In this document: positions 20,688-31,638 of the stretch, one piece after another
How positions within the stretch are numbered: position 1 is the stretch's first letter
Layout of the letters: every line of letters begins with the position of its first letter
DNA from: Candidatus Fraserbacteria bacterium
GTDB taxonomy: Bacteria > Bipolaricaulota > Bipolaricaulia > RBG-16-55-9
Assembly (NCBI GenBank): GCA_037443265.1
Contig: JBBIOR010000006.1
Location: forward strand, 5,166 to 69,165
Reading direction: 5' to 3'
Length of the DNA: 64,000 bases
Made by a program: the position numbers and the translations under genes
Notes under the pieces: model-generated
Told to the model about the DNA's origin: nothing
Database searches by the model: none
Seen by the model: only the letters and a program-made list of their open reading frames with translations

Positions 20688-20803
20688 CGTTCGCTCACCT
20701 CGGCTTCGGGCACTATTATACCGGGAAGCCTCAAGGTCCACAAGACGGCTTGAAGCGCTTCTGCCTCTTCTGCTATCATGATGCGCTCTGCCACCGGGGC
20801 CTT

Positions 20804-20877
20804 TGGGGTGTGGTGCAAGGGTAGCACACCGGCCTTTGGAGCCGGGAATGGAGGTTCGAATCCTCCCGCCCCAGCCA
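20804..20877 (+). tRNA. tRNA-Gln(TTG), CCA encoded
   Basis: Cloverleaf; anticodon loop CTTTGGA; GGTTCGAATCC T-arm. Confidence 0.95.
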
Positions 20878-20897
20878 GGCCAGGCTAGGGTGATCCC

Positions 20898-21587
20898 ATG
20901 GCGGCAGAAGATCTCGTGGAGTTAAAGCGCAGGCTGAAGCTGGACCTCTCAGAAGAAGAGCTCCGGCGGGCCTTTTTGCACAGCTCTTTCGTGAACGAGA
21001 ATCCATGCCTGGGGCAGGAGTCAAACGAGCGGCTGGAGTTCTTGGGAGACGCAGTGTTGGATCTGGCCATCAGCGAGTATCTCTACGAGAATTACCCCTT
21101 CAGCGAGGGGGAGCTTACGAAGATCAAATCCGTTGTGGTCAGCGGATCGACTCTGGCTAAGCGGGCCAAGGCCCTGGGCCTGCCGCACCATCTCCAGTTA
21201 GGCCGAGGAGAGGAAGAATCCGGAGGTCGGCAGCGGGGCTCCATCTTAAGTGATGCCTTCGAGGCTCTTGTGGGCGTGATCTTCCTCAAGCGGGGCTATG
21301 AAGCCGCGGCCCGCTTGGTCATCCGCGAGCTTAAGGAGGAGATCGAGAAGACCGTCCGGGGCCAGCATCGCTACGACTACAAGACGCTCCTCCAGGAGGA
21401 AGCGCAACGAAGAGGACTGCGGCCGAGCTACGCGCTGGTGGGCACGCGCGGGGCAGATCATCAAAAGGAGTTTACGGTGCAGGTGGAACTGGGCGGCCAA
21501 GTGGCCTTAGGACGCGGCCGACGGGTGAAGCAAGCCGAGCAGGCGGCCGCCCAAAAACTCTACGAACGCTTGCTCTCTAACCATTAG
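20898..21587 (+). CDS. rnc: Ribonuclease III
   Basis: NERLEFLGDAVL signature; C-terminal dsRBD (DYKTLLQE). Confidence 0.97.
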   Translation: MAAEDLVELKRRLKLDLSEEELRRAFLHSSFVNENPCLGQESNERLEFLGDAVLDLAISEYLYENYPFSEGELTKIKSVVVSGSTLAKRAKALGLPHHLQLGRGEEESGGRQRGSILSDAFEALVGVIFLKRGYEAAARLVIRELKEEIEKTVRGQHRYDYKTLLQEEAQRRGLRPSYALVGTRGADHQKEFTVQVELGGQVALGRGRRVKQAEQAAAQKLYERLLSNH

Positions 21588-21656
21588 AGTGCTCTTTGAA
21601 ATCCACCTCCGGGCCGCTTAGAATAGGCCCATCTTAGCAGATGGGGAGGAGTCCAC

Positions 21657-21953
21657 ATGCCAAGGAAAGTCTTCATAACCCCGGAGGGTGCGAGGGTAGA
21701 GGACGAGGCCATTGAAGTGGAGCCGATTTCCATCACGGCAGAGGATGTGATCCTTTGGGAGTACGACGACCCGGACCTCTCTCTCAAGCGAGTGATCCTG
21801 GATCCTCGGGCTGTCCGGCTCTGGAAGGCGGTCCACGAGACGGATCACCAGGGTTATCCTCTGATGAGCTTCGAGCCCGGCTTTGAAGCTGAGCCCCGAG
21901 AAGAATACTACGAGGAAGCGCCCGCGGAAGAAGGAGAGGAGACAGAGAGTTAG
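21657..21953 (+). CDS. Hypothetical acidic protein
   Basis: GGAGGAG RBS; Glu/Asp-rich; no family recognised. Confidence 0.7.
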   Translation: MPRKVFITPEGARVEDEAIEVEPISITAEDVILWEYDDPDLSLKRVILDPRAVRLWKAVHETDHQGYPLMSFEPGFEAEPREEYYEEAPAEEGEETES

Positions 21954-22104
21954 ACGCTGCGGTTCTGACGGCGCTCCCTGTGCCAGCCATTAAGGCTTCT
22001 CCGTGGGATTGACCCCTGAGGCATTGCTCTAAAATTATTATGTTATGACAAGCGCCGGGAGGCTTGATTTGGGAGTCTTTTGCCGCTAAGATCGAGAGGC
22101 GTCT

Positions 22105-22178
22105 GCGCCCGTAGCTCAGCTGGATAGAGCAGCGGTTTCCTAAACCGCAGGTCGGAGGTTCGAGTCCTCCCGGGCGTA
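22105..22178 (+). tRNA. tRNA-Arg(CCT)
   Basis: Cloverleaf; loop TTCCTAA; no encoded CCA. Confidence 0.95.
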
Positions 22179-22190
22179 CTTGCATCCACG

Positions 22191-23336
22191 ATGAACCCCG
22201 CACTCTGTTTCCATCTGGTCACGCTGCTTTTGGGTTTCAGCTTCTTCTCGTTCATTCTGCTCATCCCCCTCTTCGCTCAGGAGCTCGGGATGAGTTTGAC
22301 CGAGACCGGACTGGTGTTGGCCATCTTCTCGGTGGCCGTCATCGCGTTTAGCCCCATCTGGGGACATCTCTCCGATCGTCTGGGGCGCCGGAAGCCCTTG
22401 CTCGTCATCGGAAGCCTGCTCTTCTTTCTGAGCAGCTTCCTGCACTTTCTCGTAAACACTTGGGCAGAGTTGATGGCTCTTCGCTTCCTCCAGGGGATGG
22501 CCTTCGCCGTAACGCCCATGCTCACCGTGCTCTTCTCGGATCATTTCGGCGCTCAGGCGGCTCGACGCTTTGGGGCGTTCAGTGCAGCCAATGCGGTGGG
22601 CTGGGGCTTGGGCAGCGTGCTCTCTGGAATTTTGGCCGAGCTGCTGGGCATCCGCTGGGTCTTCATCCTCGTGTCGTTTCTGTCACTGGCAGGCGCAGGA
22701 TTTATCCAATGGGGATTGCCGGAGAAAGCCACTTCCGTTCATGCACCCAGCGTTCCTAGCCGTGTCCCCAGCAAGCTCTTCTATCTTTATGGCATGATCT
22801 TCGCACGCCACAGCGCGGCCATTGCGCTCTGGTCCGTCTTTCCCCTCTATCTGAAAGGGTTTGTGCAAAGCCTTTCGTGGGTTGGGATCGTCAACGGCAT
22901 CAACATGCTCGTTCAGCCCCTGTTCATGCTGGCCATTGGGAAGTACGCCGAGCGCTGGGACAAGCTGCAGATCATACTCATAGGGATTGGAGGCAGCATC
23001 GCGACCTTCCTGGTGTATGCCTCAGCGGCCAGCGTCTGGCAGATCGTCGTCGGCCAGGTGATGATTGCGGCCTCCTGGTCGGCCATGTTCATCGGCATGA
23101 ACCTCTATTTAATTGAGGAGGTCCCTCAGCGGAGCCGGGGCCAGGCCTTCGGCTATTTTCAGTCGGCCATCACCTCGGCCGCTGCGGTAGGCCCGCTGCT
23201 GGGAGGCTCTTTGTCAGATGCCTACGGCATTCACGGGATGATCTTCATCGCCAGCGTGCTCATGGCGCTTAGCATTCCCTTCTTGCTGAGATTGCAGATG
23301 ATCGACAGGAGATCGCAAGCGGAGCCATTTGGCTGA
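22191..23336 (+). CDS. MFS transporter
   Basis: GHLSDRLGRRK motif A; about 12 hydrophobic segments. Confidence 0.9.
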   Translation: MNPALCFHLVTLLLGFSFFSFILLIPLFAQELGMSLTETGLVLAIFSVAVIAFSPIWGHLSDRLGRRKPLLVIGSLLFFLSSFLHFLVNTWAELMALRFLQGMAFAVTPMLTVLFSDHFGAQAARRFGAFSAANAVGWGLGSVLSGILAELLGIRWVFILVSFLSLAGAGFIQWGLPEKATSVHAPSVPSRVPSKLFYLYGMIFARHSAAIALWSVFPLYLKGFVQSLSWVGIVNGINMLVQPLFMLAIGKYAERWDKLQIILIGIGGSIATFLVYASAASVWQIVVGQVMIAASWSAMFIGMNLYLIEEVPQRSRGQAFGYFQSAITSAAAVGPLLGGSLSDAYGIHGMIFIASVLMALSIPFLLRLQMIDRRSQAEPFG

Positions 23337-23363
23337 TGCACGGCCCTGGAGTAAGATGTTGAC

Positions 23364-24137
23364 ATGGATGAGCAAGCTCTGCTTGAGCGAGCTAGGGAGA
23401 TCTTCGTCAAGGAGCCTCGATTGATTCAGCTCAGTCGTGTCGAGCGAGCCGTCTTCGTGGGTGATACTCACGGTGACCTGGAAGCGACCCAGCTCGTCAT
23501 CGGGCGATATCTCCAGCCGGAGACGGCGCTCGTGTTTCTGGGCGATTACGTCGACCGCGGGCCGTACTCTCGCGAGAACCTCGAATTTTTATTGCAGCTT
23601 AAGCTGGAGCGGCCTGAGCGCGTCTATCTGCTCCAGGGCAATCACGAGGCGTGGCTGGAGTACCCGTTTTATCCTGCGGATTTCTGGGAGGGCCTAAGCC
23701 CTGAGCGGCAGAGGCTCTATGGGGAGGTGCTGGCCCAGCTCCCTTGGGCCGCGGCCTTGGCCAATGGAGTGCTGGCCCTGCACGGGGCGCTGCCGGCCGT
23801 GAAGGGACTGGCGGCCTTAGGCGACATCGAGTTGGGGAGCTGGGAATGGCGCAAGATCACCTGGGGGGACTGGCAGGACTCACCCGGGTATTTTCTGGGA
23901 GATTACGGAGGCCGGCCTCAGTTGGGACGCGATTATTTTGATGAACAGATGGCTCGCTTTGGGATGAGGGTGCTCATACGCTCGCATCAGCCGCATGCGC
24001 CCCAACTTCTATTCGACGATCGTTGTCTGACGATCTTCACTTCTTGTGCCTATGGGCCTCGGGAGCGGACGGTAGCCATTGTCCCCCTGGATCGCGAGAT
24101 GGGCACGGCGCGCGATCTCATTTTAGAAGGAGTCTAA
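23364..24137 (+). CDS. PPP-family Ser/Thr phosphatase-like metallophosphoesterase
   Basis: GDTHG, GDYVDRG, GNHE, HG, IRSHQ motifs. Confidence 0.9.
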   Translation: MDEQALLERAREIFVKEPRLIQLSRVERAVFVGDTHGDLEATQLVIGRYLQPETALVFLGDYVDRGPYSRENLEFLLQLKLERPERVYLLQGNHEAWLEYPFYPADFWEGLSPERQRLYGEVLAQLPWAAALANGVLALHGALPAVKGLAALGDIELGSWEWRKITWGDWQDSPGYFLGDYGGRPQLGRDYFDEQMARFGMRVLIRSHQPHAPQLLFDDRCLTIFTSCAYGPRERTVAIVPLDREMGTARDLILEGV

Positions 24138-25405
24138 GGGAGCTGTCGCAATTCGGGCCTTCTCCAGAGGGCCCAGAGGGCCGCCCCCAAGCAGACGAGC
24201 GCTCCCAAAGAGACCGCCAGCGGGACGCCCGCTAGATGGGCCACCGTGCCGGCTTGCAGGTCGCCTATGGGGGATAAGCCGATGAAAGCGAGCGCGTGCA
24301 AGCTCATCACTCGCCCGCGGAAGCCCTCTTTGGCGATGGTTTGTAGAAGCGTGTTGGCGGTGGCATTCTGCAAGACGAACCCAAAGCCGACCAGCACCAG
24401 CAGGATCTCTGAGAGCACAAAGGAGCGCGCAAGCGAGAAGGCTAGAACTCCCAGCGGGAACAAGAGATTCCCTAAGGTGAAGAGCCGGCCCTTGAGCCAG
24501 TCGCTCCCCCGCGATGCCAGAAAGAGTGCACCGCTTAGAGCCCCTAAGCCCACCGCGGCCAGCAGCGCTCCATAGCCAGTCGCGCCCACGCCCAATACAT
24601 CCCGCGCGAAGGCCGGCATGAGCGTTGTGTACGGAAGCCCGAAGAGGCTGGAGATGCCCACCAGGGCAAGCAGCGTAAGAAGGGTCGCATTGCGGCGGGC
24701 ATAGCTTAAGCCCTCCTTCAGCTGGAGCCAGATAGAGCTTTCCCCCCCCTCTAAGGGGGCCTGAGAAAGACTCAACACGTCTATGCGCCAGAGGCCGATC
24801 AACACGGCCAGGAAGCTGATGCCGTTCAAGAAGAAGCATCCTGTTTCTCCCACGGTAGGCACCAGCACCCCGGCGAGCAGGGGCCCCACGATCCGCGCGC
24901 TGTTGAACACGGAGGAGTTGAGTGCGATGGCATTCATCAGATCTTCTTTGCCCACCATCTCCACGATGAACGCCTGCCGGGCTGGCGTATCGAAGGCGTT
25001 GACCAGGCCTAATAGCGCCGACAGCGCGATGATCTGCCAGATCTGTATCGCGCCGGTGGCGGTCAACCCCGCGAGCAAGAAGGCCTGGATCATGGCCACC
25101 AGCTGAGTTAGGAGGATCAGATCTCGCTTGGGCAAGCGATCGGCCACCACCCCTCCGATCAGCGAGAAGAGCAACACAGGGAAGTAGCGGGCGAAGCCGA
25201 CCAAGCCCAGATAGAAGGCCGAGTCCGTCAGGCGATAGACCAGCCAGCCCTGAGCGGCCATCTGCATCCAGGTGCCGGCCAGCGAGAAGAGCTGTCCCCA
25301 CCAGAAGAGGCGGAAGTTGCGGTGCCGCAGCGCGCGGAAGGTCCCGCTGCCCCGAACAGCTGCAGCAGAATGTTCATCAGAAGCGGGAATACGTGGCGAG
25401 GCCAA
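24134..25405 (-). CDS. MFS transporter (DUF894/MFS_3-like)
   Basis: ALRHRNFRLFW, GTWMQ, NAIALNS. Confidence 0.9.
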   Translation of the reverse strand: MASPRIPASDEHSAAAVRGSGTFRALRHRNFRLFWWGQLFSLAGTWMQMAAQGWLVYRLTDSAFYLGLVGFARYFPVLLFSLIGGVVADRLPKRDLILLTQLVAMIQAFLLAGLTATGAIQIWQIIALSALLGLVNAFDTPARQAFIVEMVGKEDLMNAIALNSSVFNSARIVGPLLAGVLVPTVGETGCFFLNGISFLAVLIGLWRIDVLSLSQAPLEGGESSIWLQLKEGLSYARRNATLLTLLALVGISSLFGLPYTTLMPAFARDVLGVGATGYGALLAAVGLGALSGALFLASRGSDWLKGRLFTLGNLLFPLGVLAFSLARSFVLSEILLVLVGFGFVLQNATANTLLQTIAKEGFRGRVMSLHALAFIGLSPIGDLQAGTVAHLAGVPLAVSLGALVCLGAALWALWRRPELRQLP

Positions 25406-25444
25406 GCGCGCCTCCTGATACGCCTAGGGAGTATAGCGACTCCC

Positions 25445-26533
25445 TCAGGCCCCGACCAACTCGGCGAGGCGCTCTTGGTGATAAGCCTCAGCCAGCGGCT
25501 CAATCAGCAGATCTAGATTTCCTTCGAGGACGTCTTCCAAACGATGGATGGTGAGCTCAATGCGATGATCCGTGACGCGATTCTGTGGGAAGTTGTACGT
25601 GCGGATCTTTTCAGAGCGCGCAGCGCTGCCAATCTGGATTCTTCGCTCTTGGACGCGCTGCTCTTCCACTCTCGATTCTAGCAGCTCCTTAAGCTTGGCC
25701 CTCAAAAGCCTCAAGGCGCGCTCTTTGTTCTTGTGTTGAGAGCGCTCCTCCTGGCAGGCCACCGTAATTCCTGTGGGCTTATGCTTGATTCTGACGGCAG
25801 AATTCACTTTATTGACGTTCTGGCCGCCGGGGCCGCCCGCGCGGAACGCCTCGATCTCTAGATCATCATCTTTTAGCTCGATCTCAATCGCTTCCACTTC
25901 GGCCAGCACGGCCACGGTCGCCGTGGAGGTGTGGATTCGCCCGGAGGCCTCTGTGGCCGGCACGCGCTGCACGCGATGAACGCCGCTCTCGAACTTAAAG
26001 AGCCCATATGCCCCGCGGCCCAGCACGGAGAACGCGACCAGCTTGAAGCCGCCTAGGGGCGTAGGGTGCGCGTCTAGAATCTCCAAGCGGAAGCCCTTCT
26101 GTTCAGCATATTTGCGGTACATGCGAAAGAGATCGGCCGCAAAGAGAGCGGATTCTTCGCCTCCCGCGCCTGCACGAATCTCTATGATCGCGTTCTTCTC
26201 ATCCCGAGGATCTTCCGGCAGGAGCGAACGCTTCAGCCCTTGGAGCAGCTCTTCATATCTCTTTCTGGTTTGCTTAAGCTCTGCTTGGATGAGCTCTTTG
26301 AGCTCTTCGCCGTGATCTTCTTTGAGCCAAGTCTCTGTCTCGGCGATCTCTCGCTCCAGCTTCTTTAGCTCCTGATAGTCGTCGGCGGCTTTCTTCAAGC
26401 GTGCGTATCGCTGAGAGAGCTCGATGTACCGCGGGCTGTTCACCAACTCGGGCCGAGCTAGCTCCGCCTCCAGCTGGCGGCATTCTTTTAAAAACTCCTC
26501 AAGTCGATGGCGAATTTGAGTCTGCATAGGCAC
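25445..26533 (-). CDS. prfA: Peptide chain release factor 1
   Basis: QRVPATE (PxT), [18 protein letters not shown]. Confidence 0.97.
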   Translation of the reverse strand: MPMQTQIRHRLEEFLKECRQLEAELARPELVNSPRYIELSQRYARLKKAADDYQELKKLEREIAETETWLKEDHGEELKELIQAELKQTRKRYEELLQGLKRSLLPEDPRDEKNAIIEIRAGAGGEESALFAADLFRMYRKYAEQKGFRLEILDAHPTPLGGFKLVAFSVLGRGAYGLFKFESGVHRVQRVPATEASGRIHTSTATVAVLAEVEAIEIELKDDDLEIEAFRAGGPGGQNVNKVNSAVRIKHKPTGITVACQEERSQHKNKERALRLLRAKLKELLESRVEEQRVQERRIQIGSAARSEKIRTYNFPQNRVTDHRIELTIHRLEDVLEGNLDLLIEPLAEAYHQERLAELVGA

Positions 26534-26632
26534 GCCTCCATTTAAGCTTCTCCCGCTTGGGATTGCAACTTGTGCGGTTACATTGCATGGCTGTATAATT
26601 GCTGTATATATGGTGCCAGGAGGAGGATGGAC

Positions 26633-27874
26633 ATGGACCGACGGACGTTTCTTAAGGCGATGATGGGGAGCGCGGCACTTCTGCTCTGGCCGGTGCGCAC
26701 AAGCTCAGGCCAAGAGCCCATCACCATAGGCCTGCAGGCCGATCTTACGGGCAGCCTGCCGGATTACGGCTACTGGCACGACAAAGTGGTGCGCGCGGCG
26801 GTAGCCAAAATCAATGGCGAGGGAGGCATCGCCGGCCGCGAAGTGCAATTGCTCGTGGAAGACACGGCGACGAGTGCTGAAATAGGGCGAGACAAGCTGA
26901 TCAAGATGGAGCAAGATGGGGCTCATTTCATCATCGGCTCACAGCACTCTGGAGTGAGCTTGGCCAGTCTCCCCCTAGCAAAAGAGCTCAAGATGATCTA
27001 TTTCCCGTTGGGGGAGGCTACGGAGATCACGGGCGAGGCCGGCAATCGCTACATCTTCCGGGCGAATCATTCCGTGAGAAGTCACGCGCAAGTCGGGCAT
27101 CGCTGGGCGGTGGAGAATTTGGGCCGGCGCTGGACGATCATCGTGGCCGATTATGCCTTTGGGCGCAGCCACGCGGCGGAGTGGCCGCCCCTGCTGCAGA
27201 GTGTCGGCGCGGAGGTACTTGAAGTCATCAAGATCCCTCTAGAGACGACAGACTTTCTGCCCTTCCTGGGCCGTGTGCCTCCCAACACGGAAGTGCTCTT
27301 CCACGTCTTCCCCGGCGTGAACGCCCTCAGATTCTTGACGGCGGCGGGTGAGCTTGGCCTGCTCGAGAAGATGAAGGCCTTTGGAGTCATCTGCACGGTA
27401 GACGGCATCAAGCTGGAGGACGTGCCCGCCATTGAAGGCAGCTGGTATGTTTCCAATCATCCGCACCGCTTGGCCGATGTGCCCGAAAGCCTCAAAGAAT
27501 TCGATGCTCAATTCCGTGAGCGGGTCGGAGCCACACCCCAGGGCACGGAAGTGGGCACTGGGCGGCCCACCACCGGCTCGCACTACTGGTACGGCTGGGA
27601 GATCGTGCATCTCATCAAGCAAGCCGTCGAAGAGACCGGCTGGCGCTCGCAACAGGATCACCCGGAGATCGTACGCTATCTCGAGGGTCTTCAGATTGAG
27701 CCCGGCTTCGCTTTCCCTCAGGGCGAAAAATTCATCCGTGCCCAAGACCATCAAGCGTTTCATGATCATTATCTGGAGCGCTTCGAGCAGGGCGAGCTTC
27801 AGGTGACTCAGCGGATCGACAAGCAAGAGGCCGTCTACGATCCGTTGGCGGACTACACGAAGCAAGAGTTGTAG
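26633..27874 (+). CDS. Liv-type ABC substrate-binding protein with Tat signal
   Basis: MDRRTFLK twin-arginine motif; [18 protein letters not shown]. Confidence 0.85.
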   Translation: MDRRTFLKAMMGSAALLLWPVRTSSGQEPITIGLQADLTGSLPDYGYWHDKVVRAAVAKINGEGGIAGREVQLLVEDTATSAEIGRDKLIKMEQDGAHFIIGSQHSGVSLASLPLAKELKMIYFPLGEATEITGEAGNRYIFRANHSVRSHAQVGHRWAVENLGRRWTIIVADYAFGRSHAAEWPPLLQSVGAEVLEVIKIPLETTDFLPFLGRVPPNTEVLFHVFPGVNALRFLTAAGELGLLEKMKAFGVICTVDGIKLEDVPAIEGSWYVSNHPHRLADVPESLKEFDAQFRERVGATPQGTEVGTGRPTTGSHYWYGWEIVHLIKQAVEETGWRSQQDHPEIVRYLEGLQIEPGFAFPQGEKFIRAQDHQAFHDHYLERFEQGELQVTQRIDKQEAVYDPLADYTKQEL

Positions 27875-27898
27875 GCCACTAGTCCGTTTCGATAGCCG

Positions 27899-27946
27899 TT
27901 GACAGATTTATTTCAGCCCCGTATACTTTCAGACTGACCAGTCGGT
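27899..27946 (+). promoter_or_regulatory. Promoter plus TetR-type operator
   Basis: TTGACA-17nt-TATACT (27899-27927); ACTGACCAGTCGGT near-palindrome at 27933-27946 over the predicted start site. Confidence 0.75.
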
Positions 27947-27955
27947 TTGGAGGCC

Positions 27956-28558
27956 ATGCGCGATAAAGAAGCCACCCGCGAGAAGATCTTAAGAGCTGCC
28001 GAGAGCGTCTTTGCCGAAAAGGGCTACTACGCATCCCTCGTCGATGAGATCGCTCAGGCTTCTCAGACCTCCAAAGGCGCTATATATTTTCACTTCCCCA
28101 GCAAGGAGCAGCTCTTCGCGGCTCTTATGGAGCGTCTGGCGAAGGGCCTTCTGACCGAAGTGGAGGCTTCCATCAGCCAGCAGAAGGGTGCCGTCGCCAA
28201 AGTCCAAGCCGCTCTCGAGACGGTCATGAAAAATCTCATCAAGCGGCGCAGGCTCGCACAGATCTTGCTCGTTCAGAGCCTGTTCAGTCCGGCCTTTGCC
28301 CGCAAGCGTCTGGAGATCTTCGACGAGTTCGCCCAGCTCATCGAGAGATATTTGAACGAGGCCATCGAAGAAGGCTCGATTCCATCCCTGGACACAAGAG
28401 TTGTGGCCCACGCCTGGCTCGGGGCCATTCACGAGCTGGTGGTGCGCTGGCTGTACGCCGGAGAGCCCAAGCTGGAGCGCGCCCTTCCGGCCCTCAGCCA
28501 GCTCTTTCTAAGCGGCCTTGGAGTTTCTATAAACAAAAAATCCCGGAGGGATCTATGA
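27956..28558 (+). CDS. TetR/AcrR-family regulator
   Basis: FAEKGY..VDEIA..SKGAIYFHFPSKE. Confidence 0.95.
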   Translation: MRDKEATREKILRAAESVFAEKGYYASLVDEIAQASQTSKGAIYFHFPSKEQLFAALMERLAKGLLTEVEASISQQKGAVAKVQAALETVMKNLIKRRRLAQILLVQSLFSPAFARKRLEIFDEFAQLIERYLNEAIEEGSIPSLDTRVVAHAWLGAIHELVVRWLYAGEPKLERALPALSQLFLSGLGVSINKKSRRDL

Positions 28559-29808
28559 AACTCACGCGTCGTGCGTTCTTGCGAAGGACAAGCCAGGGCC
28601 TGCTGGCGCTGGCTCTGGGGCCGGCTCTCTTTGGGCGTGCCCAGGCCCGAGAGATCATCATCGGCCATCAGGCTCCGCTCACTGGAGCAGTGGCCCAATT
28701 CGGCCTCTGGCACAATCGCGCCTTACGAGCCGCTATAGATCGCATCAACTCGGAAGGCGGCGTGGCCGGTCGTGCTCTCATTCTGATCACGGAGGACGAA
28801 GCCTCCAACCCGGAGACGGGCAAGGACAAGTTTAGAAAGCTCGTACTGCAAGACGGGGTGGATTTCGTGATCGGCTCTGTCTGGTCGGCGACGAATCTGG
28901 CCACGGCCCCGCTGGCCAAAGAACTCAAGACGATCTATTTCCCTCAGGGCATCGCCACGGAGATCACGGGAGCCGCGGGCAATCGCTATATTTTTAAGAG
29001 CTATCACAGCGTGCGGGCAGCGGTGATGGCGGGCGCCAAGTGGGCCGTCGAACATCTGGGAAGACGCTGGACGATCATCGCTTCAGAGCTCGAGTTCGCG
29101 CAGTCTCAAAAGGACGACTGGACTGCCCGACTGCAACAACTGGGCGCAGAGATCGTGGATGTTATCACTATTCCCTTCCGCCCGACGGATTTTCTGCCCT
29201 TGTTGAGCCGCATCAATCTGGAGCGGACGGAAGTTCTCTATCAGGCCTTCACGGCCGTAGACACGATTCGCTTTCTGCAGACGGCATTCGAGCTGGGCTT
29301 TCAGGAGCGCTTAAAGATCCTTGGGCTGATCGAGGGCATTGATGTCTTGGACACCAATGATCCAGCGTTTGAGGGGACGTACTATATTACGAGCTACCCG
29401 CGCCGCGCGGAGGGGGTGCCCCAAGAGCTTGCAGAATTTGATCGATTCTATCGTCAAGCCGTGGGCATCGATGAGGAAGGCCGGTCGGCTCAGGGGGAAG
29501 TGGTCCCCATCGCAGATCTCTTCGGCAGCTGGCAGGCTCTCTCGCTCATTAAGCTGGGCATCGAGCGAAGCGGCTGGCAATCGAAGGCCGATAATCCCTC
29601 CCTCATCCAAGCGCTGGAGGGGCTCAGCTGGACGGCCGGGCCTCAGTTCCCCCAGGGCGAAGGATTTCTGCGGGCGGAAGACCATCTCGCCTTCCACAGC
29701 CATTACGTCGAACGAGTGGAGCAGGGACGATTGAGAGTCCTGCTGCGCATCCCCAAGGAAGCCTCGCTGTACGAGCCTCTTGCGAATTACACTCAGCAAG
29801 AGTTCTGA
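28555..29808 (+). CDS. Liv-type ABC substrate-binding protein with Tat signal (paralog of 26633..27874)
   Basis: TRRAFLR; shares PLAKELKxIYFP, EITGxAGNRYIF, [13 protein letters not shown] with the upstream paralog. Confidence 0.85.
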   Translation: MKLTRRAFLRRTSQGLLALALGPALFGRAQAREIIIGHQAPLTGAVAQFGLWHNRALRAAIDRINSEGGVAGRALILITEDEASNPETGKDKFRKLVLQDGVDFVIGSVWSATNLATAPLAKELKTIYFPQGIATEITGAAGNRYIFKSYHSVRAAVMAGAKWAVEHLGRRWTIIASELEFAQSQKDDWTARLQQLGAEIVDVITIPFRPTDFLPLLSRINLERTEVLYQAFTAVDTIRFLQTAFELGFQERLKILGLIEGIDVLDTNDPAFEGTYYITSYPRRAEGVPQELAEFDRFYRQAVGIDEEGRSAQGEVVPIADLFGSWQALSLIKLGIERSGWQSKADNPSLIQALEGLSWTAGPQFPQGEGFLRAEDHLAFHSHYVERVEQGRLRVLLRIPKEASLYEPLANYTQQEF

Positions 29809-30686
29809 TGGAACAAGTCCTCTTTCAGCTGCTCAATGGCTTCGTCTGGGGTTGGGCGCTGGCCCTCATCGCCCTGGGACTCAATCTCGTCTATGGGGTC
29901 TTGAGGATCATCAATGTGGCCCATGGGGCGTTCTACATGCTGGGGGCCGTGGCTGGCTGGGCGATCCTGGGGCAGCTTAGGGCCATCAGCGATCTTTATC
30001 TTTTGAATTTCGCACTCGCGCTCCTTGTGGCACCCCTGCTCGTGGGGCTTTTGGGCATGCTCTTGGAGTGGACGATCCTGCGCCCCAGGGAAGACAAGCC
30101 GGTGCTCACGATCATTGCCACCTTCGCGCTCCTTTTGATCTTGCAGCAGGGGGTGCAGCTGCTCCTGCCCGGCGCTCAGCGGGTGGTGCCTCCCATTGCC
30201 GGAGGCATGGAGATCTTCGGCCTGCGCTATCCTATTTATCGACTGGTGCTCGCCGGGTTGTCCATGGGGTTCATGCTCGTCTTGTGGCTCCTTCTCTACA
30301 AGACGCGCTTTGGGATGTGGGCCCGCGCCGTGCACCAAGACCGTGAGCTCGCTCTGGCGATAGGCCTACCCGTCCCGTGGATCTATGGGCTCGTGTTTGG
30401 GTTGGGGGTGGCGCTCGCAGCTGCGGCGGGGGTGCTTACAGCACCGATCGTGCCTGTCGAAGCCTCGATGGGCATGATCATTTTGATTGAGGCCTTCATG
30501 GTCGTGATCGTCGGAGGATTAGGAAATCTGCCGGGCGCGATCATCGCGGCCCTCCTCTTCCGGCTGGCCGAAGGATTTTTCACGGTCTGGATGGAGCCGA
30601 TCACCGCCCGCGCGCTGGCCCTTCTATTCATGGGAGCTCTGCTGTTCTTAAAACCTCAAGGACTCTTCGGCACTCATGAAGATTGA
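29808..30686 (+). CDS. Liv-type ABC permease (LivH-like)
   Basis: INVAHGAFYM, VIVGGLGN. Confidence 0.9.
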   Translation: MEQVLFQLLNGFVWGWALALIALGLNLVYGVLRIINVAHGAFYMLGAVAGWAILGQLRAISDLYLLNFALALLVAPLLVGLLGMLLEWTILRPREDKPVLTIIATFALLLILQQGVQLLLPGAQRVVPPIAGGMEIFGLRYPIYRLVLAGLSMGFMLVLWLLLYKTRFGMWARAVHQDRELALAIGLPVPWIYGLVFGLGVALAAAAGVLTAPIVPVEASMGMIILIEAFMVVIVGGLGNLPGAIIAALLFRLAEGFFTVWMEPITARALALLFMGALLFLKPQGLFGTHED

Positions 30687-31638
30687 GATGCGCAAGCTCT
30701 TTGCTTTTGGCTTGATATTAGCACTGTTGGCCGCAGCCCCATGGCTGCTTGGCCCCTTCCCGTTGGGCATCTTGATGAAGATTCTCATCTGGGGGCTTTT
30801 TGCGATGAGTTTCGATCTGATCTTTGGGTACACGGGGCTGCTCAGCTTGGGACACTCGGTGTATTTCGGCTTGGGGGCCTATGGCGCAGCTCTTATGATT
30901 CTTCATGGGCAGCCTGGAATTGCCGCGCCCCTCGCCACAGGCCTTCTTTTGGGAGCGGCTGTGGCGGCGTTGATTGGCCTACTGGCCGTGCGCACCGGAA
31001 GCCACGGCTTCATCATCGTCACGGCGGTGACGTCGCTGCTCTTCTATCTTCTGGCCCAGAGCCGCAGGGATCTTACGGGCGGCGACGACGGCCTGACGTT
31101 GAGTCCGCTGCCTCTTAAGCTGGCAGGCTGGTCCGCAGGCTGCGCCGATCCCGGTCCGGCGTACCTTCTGGTACTGGGAGTCGTGGGCATCTCGTTTCTA
31201 CTCTTGTACATCTTGGTGCGCACGCCGCTGGGTCTGGCGCTGCGCTGCGTGCGAGAGAACGAGCCACGCGCCCAGGCACTGGGCTACGATACGATCCGGC
31301 TGAAATGGCTCGCGTTTGCCCTTTCGGGAGGAGGAGCCGCGATGGCGGGAGCGCTCTATGCCCTGACGAATTGCCACATCTCCACGGGGCTCTTCCACTG
31401 GCTCGTCTCGGCCGATGCGCTCATCTGGACGCTCTTCGGCGGCACGGGCACTCTAATAGGGCCACTCCTGGGCACCGGGGTCTTCTTCGCCTTGCGTGAG
31501 GGACTGAGCGGCGTCTGGCAGACGGGGTATCCCATCTTAGTGGGCCTGGCGCTCCTTTTGATGGCGCGCTTCTTCCCTCGTGGGCTGCTGGGCCTCGTGA
31601 GCGAGCTGGGGCGGTTCAGCCGTCGCTGGGTGCGATGA
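30676..31638 (+). CDS. Liv-type ABC permease (LivM-like)
   Basis: GYTGLLSLGH, TGGDDG, RENE. Confidence 0.9.
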   Translation: MKIEMRKLFAFGLILALLAAAPWLLGPFPLGILMKILIWGLFAMSFDLIFGYTGLLSLGHSVYFGLGAYGAALMILHGQPGIAAPLATGLLLGAAVAALIGLLAVRTGSHGFIIVTAVTSLLFYLLAQSRRDLTGGDDGLTLSPLPLKLAGWSAGCADPGPAYLLVLGVVGISFLLLYILVRTPLGLALRCVRENEPRAQALGYDTIRLKWLAFALSGGGAAMAGALYALTNCHISTGLFHWLVSADALIWTLFGGTGTLIGPLLGTGVFFALREGLSGVWQTGYPILVGLALLLMARFFPRGLLGLVSELGRFSRRWVR

